This document shows, one piece after another, positions 1-11,167 of a stretch of DNA of 64,000 nucleotides (positions within the stretch are counted from its first letter, which is position 1; every line of letters begins with the position of its first letter). The DNA comes from Octopus bimaculoides (lineage: Eukaryota), in NCBI RefSeq assembly GCF_001194135.2, contig NC_068986.1, positions 21,489,540 to 21,553,539 on the forward strand. Direction: 5' to 3'. Position numbers and translations under genes: made by a program. The notes below the pieces were generated by a model. The model searched no databases, was not told the origin of the DNA, and worked only from the letters and a program-made list of their open reading frames with translations.

Positions 1-381
1 AAAGACCCCCCAAAAAACCACCCTGGCTCATATATGCTAAGTTGGGCCTATACATGTTTCAATGTGCTAAAAATGCCTTTTCCTGAAAATGCACTGCTCA
101 AATTGGGGTTTATCTATTATGCCAGTGTGTCTTTTATGCCATCAAATATGGTAATCTGCATACTAGACCACCCAACATTATTATTGTATTTCTATAACTT
201 TTATAATGTGATCTATTAACTACAGATTCTTATGATTTAAGGTACTCTAGATATCTCATAAACACTGCACTATTAGCTTAGGCTGTTTTATATACAACCG
301 TTTTTGACACAAATACAATTATCACCACTACTACCATCATTGCCACAGCCACAGTGACCACCACCACCATTGGCATTAACA

Positions 382-481
382 CTAACTACCACAGTCCCTA
401 CCGTAGCTACAGCCACTGTCACCACCACCACCATTACTACTATCACCATCACTACTGCTACCACCATCATCATTATCACTT
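382..481 (-). CDS. ZC3H14: Candidate ZC3H14 terminal coding exon 16 (Ser/Gly/Asp-rich tail ESDNDDGGSSSDGDSSNGGGDSGCSYGRDCGS*)
   Basis: A 72-nt intron at 553-482 has donor GTATGT and acceptor tctctctctgtAG; phase 2 matches. The exon is low-complexity trinucleotide sequence, so its use is uncertain. Confidence 0.4.
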
Positions 482-3400
482 CTACAGAGAGAGATTAAAT
501 TACAAGTACGCTATGGTCATTCTTTGATTAGAAAATTAAAACTGCAAACATACTCAGCTCTGGATTTCTCTGCTTTCCATCGTAGTTGATTTTTGCTTGG
601 TAATGGTGGATGGTAAAAGGTGCAAAATGTTTTATTTGTACAACTAATACCATACCGACAAGGCTGGAGAAGAAAAAGAGAAAAATAGACTCCTTGATTA
701 TATATATACACACACACACATATAGATGTAGTATAAAATTAATGCGGGCAGCTGAGTACAATATAAACCATGTCTTGTAGCTAGTTTCATGTCTTGAGTT
801 ACAAGACAAGCTCCTTGCTCCAGTTTTAATAAAAAAAAAGCACATCCTCTACAACATGTATGGGGTACACCTTTCTCATTTGTCCAACATTAAGCAATGT
901 GCGTGTGATGGGGTGTATATATGGCTGTATCTATTACACACACACATATAAAACACTGGAAACCATAATTGATTCTAAAAAATTAAAAGCAATTTGACTA
1001 AGAAATTATACTTCTGACTACACTGAAGTTGAATGAGGCCCAACAAGGTCAAAATCACATTCTTTCAGTGATTATATCCATATATATTCTGTAAAAAGTT
1101 ATTACTGAGTAAGCTTCAATAAACTTCTTTCTTTCAGAGACTACACCTTGCACTTGTGAGAGGCACAAGGATGAATGCGGTACGTATCAAATTAGTTGGA
1201 GAATTTCTGTGACATTGTTTCACTATTATGTCTTTGGAAGCCGATGACACCTGTGGCCATTAGGGCTGACACTTTCCTCCACCCTTAAAGTAAAAGCAGC
1301 CCTAAGAAGATTTGTCTGAGATCCTTAGCCATAGTGTGTTGCTTGAAAAAATCTGGGAGACATCAGTATGACTCAGTTAAATGAAGCGCAGTACTTGATT
1401 CATAATGGAGGCATGTGGTATTGTGGATAGAGTGTCGCACTCATGATCATACAATTGTGGCTTTGATTCCTTGACTGAATGATACATTGTGTTCTTGAGC
1501 AAAACACTTCATTTCCCCATTGCTCTAGTCCACTCAGCTGGCAAAAATGAGTAATCCTGCAATGGACTGACATCCCATGTGGTGGAGGGGAATATATATG
1601 TCGCAGAATCTAGGAAACTGGCTTTATGAGCCTGTGGCCCAAGAAGGACCTTTTATTCTTTTTTTGATTTGACTCATAAATAAATATTATTTATAGATCC
1701 AGAAAGGTGAAACACAAAGTTGAGCATGGAAGGATCTGAACTCAAAATAAAAGGTCAGAAAATATATATGTTGTCATAGCAATCTTTGTAAAAGATTGCT
1801 ATGACAACACTCTGATGTAAAACCTGCAGTTTCACATGGGACACTCTGATGTAAAACCTGCAGTTTCATATGGAAACTGGTCATCTCGCTTTAGCCAGTC
1901 ACTAGGTATTAATCATGGAGACTCAGGGATTGGTATCTGTACAAGCATTTATTACTATAATTCCAGGATGCTCAGATGTCTCTTTATAGTGACCTCATTT
2001 GTCACTCTATCTCCTGAAAGTCCCATGGCAATGAAAGAGCAGTGACTTGTACAGACCTAACCAGTTAGAAGCACAAAGTTGTTTTACTAAATGGTTCAAT
2101 ATTCAATATTTTAAAAATTAATTGAAACAAGGATATTGTATTTCAACAGAAGTTTGTTGACAAAAGGCTCAATACAGCATCAAAGAGGGGAAAAAAAGCA
2201 ATCTGAATAGTCATCTGAGAAGTCATGGATAGAAAGTCAGAAATGCCAGTGACAGCAAGAAAACACAAGGAGATGGCAATCATCAGCAAAATTGGAGCAA
2301 TCACCATATACATCATGTGTACACAAAAGTACAGTATGAATTTACTGAGATAAACTAAGTTGACCAAATCTGAAAGTAATAAAGCAATGTTGAAATGATT
2401 TAAAGATTGCTTTTTTTTTCCCTCTTTGATGCTGTATTGAGCCTTTTGTCAACAAACTTCTGTTGAAATACAATAGCCTTGTTTCAATTAATTTTTAAAA
2501 TACTGAATATTGAACCATTTAGTAAAATGATTTTGTTGTTATTAAGCTGATGTTTGGAATATAAATTAACACGAAATTTTGGTGGATGGAAAGTTTTGTT
2601 AATTTAGATCACTTTAAAACAGGAAAATAGTCTCAAGTGTATTAGTGTCAAAAGTATAGCAACCAAGTACCAGCTGAAGGTCTATGAATCATATTTAATC
2701 CCCACTTCTATGCAGTTAATAAACAAACAAATTCTGGACCCAGCTTGCCTAGGAACAAAATAAATTCGATAGCTAGATGCTGTTCACTGCTGTAGGTAGC
2801 AGGAGCACTGTATAAACTCAAATCCTCCCACAACACATACAAAAGATTGGTTTCTCAAGCATTTAGCATCTTTGTAAGCTGGACTAAGCTTCATAATACA
2901 CCACTTTCTGGTGAAGGTGTAGCTTTCAGTGGGAGAGGGTCCATCCTGGCTGATGCTTGTATAGGGGTTGTACTTTCGTATTTACTGTATAAGCATGTAC
3001 ATGGGGTGAGACAGGTGCAGGGAAATGGAGAGAGCAAACTCAATGGCTGCGCCAGGTGGAACATACTCTACCTACATCACTGCCCTGAGTGGCACACATT
3101 CTAGCTATGCCACTACCTTCTGGTTGGCATTAGGAAGGAATCCAGCTGTGAAAATCATACCAAAACAGACCTTGTTGGTGCATCCAGCCCACTCTGTGAA
3201 GTGGTTGGCATTAGGAAGGGCTTTGAGCTGTAAAAACCATGCCAAAACAGAAAGTGAAGTGCGGTGCAGTCCTCTGGCTTGCCAACTTTTGTAAAACTGT
3301 CCAACTCATGCCAGCATGGAAGACGGATGTTAAATGATAATGATGAAAATGATAGCTAGTTGATACACTTTCGAAAGGAAATTTGAACGCTCATATTTTA

Positions 3401-4325
3401 GCAGCTAGATATCCCAGCTGAATGTTCCCATTTCTATCCTCATTTCAAAACTGAGTGACCAGCAGTAGAAAGAGCATCTAATTATAAAAATGATTTAATA
3501 ATATCAAAGTGTACAAATGTACTAAGATCATACATGCATTGAAAAAACAGGTGTTAAATACATGAAGAATTGAAGAGATGTAACATCCAGAGCTTACCTT
3601 TGGGTGGGTAAATGGACAATTCATATTTTTACAAGTAGGGAAAAATTTACATTGAAGTGTTTGAGTGGGAGGCTGTCGTGTAGCAGGAGGGGCAACTGGT
3701 ACGGCTGGAACTATTGAAAATAAAAACCCAAAAACTGTTCGTTAATGAGACAAAATTACACAATAGACATTTGACTCTATTATTTTAGAAACATAAAACA
3801 ATACCACTTGGTTGATCTTTTTCGTCTGTCATTGCCAGCCATAGCAGCAGTTCCCCACTTGTTTTCAAGTATTTCTTTCTTTGGTGAAGAAATGCTGGTG
3901 ACATGGTTTTGATCAGGGTGGATCTCAACTTTCCAGGAAAGCAACTGATGCATTGAGATCTCAAAGACATCCTCTGCAGCACGTGTGAAATGTGACATGC
4001 AAGAACAGGCAATGAAACTGCAACGGATGCCATCAGCCAAGATATTGCTCTACCTGTGCCTTCATAGCCAGTCTGCCTGGCATTGCCATCTTCTGCCAGT
4101 CCAGTTGTAGTGATCATAGGCCTTCATCCAATTGTTCTGCAGTTGAGGACTTTGGTTACTTTTTTCAAGGTATGTCCCTCTAGATCCATTCAGATTACTA
4201 GGAACAGGCTTTCCTCAAGGAGATTTTAGGCAGGACAATCATGCTGCTAAATTAGAGGTTCGGGTTTTCCTCTGAACATAACAGATCACCCTACAAGTGT
4301 AAGGACAAGCATCTGAAGAGAGCTG

Positions 4326-4370
<45 letters not shown>

Positions 4371-4522
4371 CATCATCATCGTTTAATGTCCGCTTTCCAT
4401 GCTAGCATGGGTTGGACGATTTGACTGAGGACTGGTGAAACCGGATGGCAACACAAGGCTCCAATCTAATTTGGCAGAGTTTCTACAGCTGGATGCCCTT
4501 CCTAATGCCAACCACTCAGAGA

Positions 4523-4567
<45 letters not shown>

Positions 4568-7500
4568 ATCACTCAGTGAAGGATACTATCAAATTTTACT
4601 TTTAAGATGATGTTTGCAAACCTAGATTATAAATATTCATAAGGCGGCAAACTGGCAGAATTGTTGGCACGCCAGGCAAAATGCATGGCAGCATTTCATC
4701 AATCTTTGTGTTCTGAGTTCAAATCTCACCAAAGTCAGCTTTGCCTTTCATCCTTTAAGGGTTGATGAAATACATACCAGTTGAGTACTGAGATCGATGT
4801 AACTGACTAGCCCCCTTCCCTAAAATTTCAAGCCTTGTGCCTATAATAGAAAGGTTTATAATTATTTCATTGACTAGAACTGTAGATATTTTAAAAGACA
4901 TCAGTCAGAATTTGTATCATGTTATATTTATCATTTCCTTTCATCTAGATGTAAAATCTTGGTGGTTACTTACTATTTTGATATTTATTAAAGTAAAAAG
5001 ACAACAAACTTACGAGACTGCACTGCTACTGGAGGTGCTGCTGGTTTTGCATAACTGTGACTGAATGGGCAATCTGTTCTTGAACATTTGGTGTCAAATT
5101 TACATTTTGGGTGGATATAAAGACAATTCTGCCCAAATTTGCATTTAGGAAATTTACTGAAAGAGAACAGATTTTGAATATTTTGAAAGAGAAACAGAAG
5201 TTTGAATATTTTCAATAAAGAGTTAAATATTTAATCTGTCTACTTCAATTAATTGAGCTTTAGAAAATAAGTATTAATCATCATCATTTTAATATCTTTT
5301 CCATGCTCAAGTGGAAAGGCAGTCAAGACAGATTTTCTACAGCTGGATGGCCTTTCTGTTGCCAACCCTTACCTGTATACAAGTAAGGTTATATTTTCCC
5401 AAAGACCTACATGTTTTCAGGAAAAAACTGTAAAGGATGGACACCACTTGTATGATGGTGACTCATTTACAACCATAATATATAATGTTAAGACAAAGAA
5501 ACACTAACACATTTACATGCATGTACATACACACACACAGACACACACATCATTTCCCATCTACCAAATACTCACAAGGATTTGGTTAGCCTAGGGCTAT
5601 AGTAGAAGATACTTTCCCAAGGTGCTATCTAGTGGGACTGAACCTGAAACCATATGGTTAGAAAGAAAACTTTTTACCACACAGCCATGCCTGTGTTTTT
5701 CATATTTCGTGAAGAAAAATAGAAAAAGGCATTAAAGTTATCAGAAAAGTTATTTTGGGATCGCCTATTTGGTGTAACTAATTCTTCTTCATCGTCATTG
5801 CTGTCATCATCGCTGCTGCCATCGTCATCGTTGCTGCTGTCATCGTCATCGTCATCATCATCATTTGACGTCTGTTTTCAATCATGACATAGGCTGGACG
5901 GTTTGACAGAAGCTGGACAGCTGGGGAGCTGTCCAAAATCCAATTGTCTGTTGTGGCATGGTTTCTGTAGCTGGATGCCCTTCCTAATGTCAACCACTTT
6001 ACAGAGTGTGCTGGGTGCTTTTTATGTGCCACCAGCACGAGTATGTTTACACAGCACTGGCATGAGTGCAGTTTATGCGGCACTGGCACCTGTAAAGGAA
6101 ATGCCTGTATGTGTGAATGACAGCAATTCTACTTGGCTTGACGCATCTTTTCAAGTGCAGCAAATTGCCACAACTTCTGGTCCTTTATCATTTCTGCACC
6201 GAGGCCCAGCATCTGAAAATCTTTTCTCACCACTTTATCTCATGTCTTCCTGGATCAACCCCTTCCACAGATTCCCTCCACAATTAGAGCTCTGACTTAT
6301 TTGACATCAGATGTTTTAATGTTCTTCTTGTTGTCTCTCTCTCTCTCTCTCTTTTTCCCTTTCTGTGTATGTGTATATTTCTGCACATGCATGTGTGTGT
6401 GTATGCTGCCAGAGCCAAAAAGTACTGTTACCAAAACAGCAGTGCCAAATACTCAGCAAATACACCCAATTCTCTTATTCTGGAGACTGCTAATAAAACA
6501 GAATTAACCTGTTTTTATGTTCACTCTATGTTTACTCACTTATTTGCAACTGACATGATGTAGCATAAGGTAACCAAGTACAAAAAACAAGCTAGAAGTC
6601 ATTTTTGTGAAATATGCACAATGGAAGATAAACCAACTTTTACAAGATCTTAACTCATACAAAGCATTGGAAGTTAAATAATGATTTATTAATAGAGAAA
6701 AATGTGTATATTTCTTCTTTGATAATCTAACTTACCTGCAAGGAGATGACGGGTGATAGTATTTACAGTGTGTGCCATTCTGACAGGAAGGCCAGAACTT
6801 ACATTTCTCTGTCGTCGTTTTCAAGGCTGAACTTTTAGTCTCATCTAGTTCTTCATCTACAAAAAGAAACAGACAAATTGATGAGCATAGGTTTCAGTAT
6901 CTATTGGTTAGGCAACCTTTTTTTTTTTTTTCATAGCCTTATGAAGGCCTTAGCATATTGTTGCTGGCTTATCTATGTTAGTTGTAGGTGGAGTGAGAGA
7001 ATCTTAACCCTCTCGTTACCAACCAGGCTGAAACCGCCTCTGGCTCTGTAGTACAAATGTCTTGTTTTCATAAGTTATGAATTGAAATCTTCCACCAAAC
7101 CTTAGTCACAATTAACGTTCCTAACACTAGATTAATGATAACCAGGTTATTTTACTAAATTCTTTGTTATATTTAAGATAAATGAGAGAAAAACAGAGCA
7201 TCTCAAAATATATACAGTAATGAAAGGGTTAAGAGTGGAAGACAAAATGCCTTGCAGGATCTGAGCAAATACCAGCTCTTTACATTCTGAGCTCAAAACC
7301 TGTTGAGGTACACTTTGCTTTTCAGCCTTCACAGAGTTGATAAAATAAAGTACCCATTCCCCTGTTGGAGCCTCATGGAGCTTTAGGTGTTTTCGCTCAA
7401 TAAACACACACAATGCCCGGTCTGAGAATCAAAACTGCGATCCTCTGACTGCGAGTCTGCTGCCCTAACCACTGGGTCATTGCGCCTCCACAAAATACAT

Positions 7501-8457
7501 ATACACACACACATATAAAACAATCATTTGTGCAGTTACACTTACTCCTGTTTTACCTCATTTAGTGATGCTAACTTGTTAGTAACAAATATCTCAACCA
7601 TGTGTGAAGTTTTCTCTCAACTTTATTGGAATATAAGAGATTAAGTTGTCCTGAGAGGGAAGAATTCTCCTTACCTTCATCTGTTGTGTCACTGATGTTG
7701 AAAGCTAAAGGTTTTATCTGTGTCATTTGATACTGCATAGATGAATTTGTTGTTTCATTCTGGTCTGTTGGCGATTGAAATGACGAGGTGCTGTTCATTT
7801 TGGGTGCATCATAGCCATCTAATGTTACAATAAATTGTGTTTTATCTTCTGTTTCTTTCCTAATAACAACAAAAGAGAAATATAAATGAAATTACAAAAC
7901 TGCATCTGTATACACAAAAGACAGAATTTAATTGAATTTTTCACATTGTACAGTTAAAATAATCTCAATAGAAACCTCCAATCCTTTAGGTTTTGTTGTT
8001 TAACTCCCAAGTTAACTTTTAATAGGGCAGACATTTGATCAAATACACACTAGTTGTAATCGTTCCATCTTTATGCAAATATGTATCTAATATTTCCTTC
8101 TTAAGATATGCTTGCATGGGTCTGACAGAATTTATTGAGACAGATTTTGTACAGCCAGATGCCCTTCCTGCTGCCAACCCTCATCTGTTCCAAGCAAGGG
8201 GATATTTCCTCCTGACGAGACATGCTTCTCGTGAAATACTGGAAATGAAGAACATTGTTTGCATGATGGTGATGCTTGTTTACAATCATCACATGACATC
8301 AAGACAAGGGAGCACACAAATGCACACATGAGCAGTGGGACTGAACCCAAGACCATATGGCTGGTAGCAAGCTTCTTAACCATGCAATTAAATACATGCA
8401 ACTCCAACAAAGTATGTTGACTGGTACTTTCTTTGGTTTGTTCAATCACTCTCTCTC

Positions 8458-8494
<37 letters not shown>

Positions 8495-10068
8495 CGTGTG
8501 TGTGTGGTTTGCCTTCATTATTCAAAATATCATAATTAGGTTTATTATTATTGAGTGAGAGAGCAGTGTGCATGCCATCAAAGTGACACTGGGGTACAAA
8601 TATACGAAGCCCAGTTTACTCATCATGGCTACCCATCTGATAAGGGTACACCAGGCACATGCATCATAACCATATGTGCACAGCATGGTGGACTCATATC
8701 AAGATTAACAGTGCATGACCTTGCAGGTGGGGCTTAGTTACAATTTTCTTCAGATTGAGAAGCACATCCCACTCAAAAGGTCCCTGAATAAGGGTTGTTT
8801 AAGGATGTTGAATGAAACACCCATCTTTCCAGAGATGAATTATTCAAACCCCAAAGAATTCCTCTCAACACATGGCTATGATGCTCCCCTACTACTTCTG
8901 CTCATGATCAGAGATGCACATATCATCAGCGACTAAGGGACATGCTCAACTGGCTAAAGTCAAACAACTGACAAGCAAATCCGTGGTAGTGAGCAGAATA
9001 TTTGCTGAGTTGAAATGCTCCCACTACCAGTTTGCCATCACCCCTTCCTCCCTTATTCATCTATAACCCCCTTCCTTTCTCATTCATATGTTGTGACAGA
9101 GATAAACCCAAGAGTATTATTATAGTAGATGAAAGGAAATATGATTTTTACTTGTTTTTCTTCACAATTCTTGCTGGCAGTGGTGTCTCGACCAAATCCT
9201 CTTCAGGAAGATTTAACAGATTGCTACACAACTGGATGTCTTCATCAAGCTCAATTTCTGCAATGGATTCGTTATTTAGTTCTTCATTCAATTTCGCTGA
9301 TTCTAAATGCTTGATCACAGCAATCCTTTGTCCAGGCTTGTTACATTCCACTTGTCTCAGTTTGTTTTGACGACCATCCAATTCTGTAAGTTAAAAATGA
9401 ACAGAAGTTTATATTAAGGAAAATTCCAGAAAGACAATTATGAACATACAAATGCCATCATCATCATCACCACCATCATTTAACGTCTGTTTTCCATGTT
9501 GGCATGGGTTGGACAGTTTGATTGTACAGGTGGCACATAAAAAACACCATTTTGAGCATGGCCGTTGCCAGTACTGCCTGACTGGTCCTCGTGCCGGTGG
9601 CACGTAAAAGCATCCACTACACTCTTGGAGTGGTTGGCATTAGGAAGGGCATCCAGCTGTAGAAACTCTGCCAGATCATATGTGTGAGGAGTGCTGAAAA
9701 ATTCTTGGCTTTGAGTAAAAGGAAATACAGGATCAGTTAATTATGGTTTTACTCAACATATTTCTCTCACAGATTCATACAGTACTTTTGAGTTTTTTTT
9801 GAGCCTGCTACTTATTCTATTGGTCTCTTTTGTTGAACTGCTAAGTTACAGAAACATGAACAAACCAACACTGGTTGTCAAACAATGTGGGGGGGGGGGT
9901 GCAAACATAGGAGTGGCTGTGTGGTAAGTAGCTTGCTTACCAACCACTTGGTTCTGGGTTCAGTCCCACAGCGTGGCACCTTGGGCAAGTGTCTTCTACT
10001 ATAGCCTTGGGCCGACCAAAGCCTTGTGAGTGGATTTTGTAGACACAAACTGAAAGAGGCCCGTCATA

Positions 10069-10112
<44 letters not shown>

Positions 10113-10778
10113 TGTGTCTGTATATGTTTGTGTGTCTGTGTTTGTCTTTCCCCCCCCCCTCACCCCAGCATCGCTTGACAACTGATGCTGGTGTGTTTAC
10201 TTCCCCATAACTTAGCGGTTTGGCTAAAGAGACCGATAGAATAAGTACTAGGCTTACAAAGAGTAAGTCCTGGGGGTCGATTTGCTCGACTAAAGGTGGT
10301 GCTCCAGCATGGCCGCAGTCAAATGACTGAAACAAGTAAAAGAGTTACCATACAACTACACCTATATGTGTGTGTGTGTGTGTGTATGTGTCTGTCTATG
10401 TATAACATACATATACATGTGTTAATGTGTTTTCCTTGTAAGATGAGTTTGTATTTCCTTTTATTTTTTACCTTCACCTGTGTACACTGCATAGACAAAT
10501 GGATTGCATTTCATACAGGTGATCTTGCAGTGAAACCATATCTGGGTTTATTACTGTAACTTGAAATGTGATATGATCTTTGTAAACAAAAGACACATGT
10601 GTTCGTTGTTTCCTCTTGTTTGTGTAACTATGCTATGTCCAGTGTATTCATTGATTGTTATCAAGACTTGTGGAATGAGTAATTGCTGACTTGAAAAATA
10701 GGAAGAGTATCCAGCTGTAAGATAAACACTCAATAAGTTTTCATCTAACCCATGCTTAGCATGTAAAAGCAGACCTAA

Positions 10779-10816
<38 letters not shown>

Positions 10817-11105
10817 TTGTGAGCCCCGTGCCGGGAGCATGTAAAAAGCATCATCTGATCATGGTCGATGCCAGCTCCTCTGGCCCCTGTGCCGGTGGTA
10901 TGTAAAAAGCAGCAACTACACTCTTGGAGTGGTTGGTGTTAGGAAGGGCAGCCAGCTGTAGAAACACTGCCGGATCAGATTGGGGACTGGTGCAGCCTCC
11001 TGGCTTCCCAAACCCCAGTCGAACTGTCCAACTCATGCCAGCATGGAAAACGGATGTTGAATGATGATGATGATGATGACGCACAATCACATATGTATGT
11101 ATATA

Positions 11106-11167
<62 letters not shown>

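Noticed and set aside
288-479. 63-aa Val/Met-rich ORF resembling a transmembrane peptide
   Set aside because: It is a reading of a degenerate trinucleotide repeat; if anything is coding here it is the other frame, via splicing.
8212-8240. CTGACGAG...CTC-GTGAAA hammerhead-like string
   Set aside because: GTGAAA breaks the core, there are no stems I or III, and it is a mutated part of repeat family D whose other copies lack the motif.
10551-10733. Possible extra ZC3H14 exon (phase-1 acceptor at about 10716)
   Set aside because: In-frame stop with no good donor before it; the start resembles the acagctggat repeat motif; exons 9 and 10 join without it.
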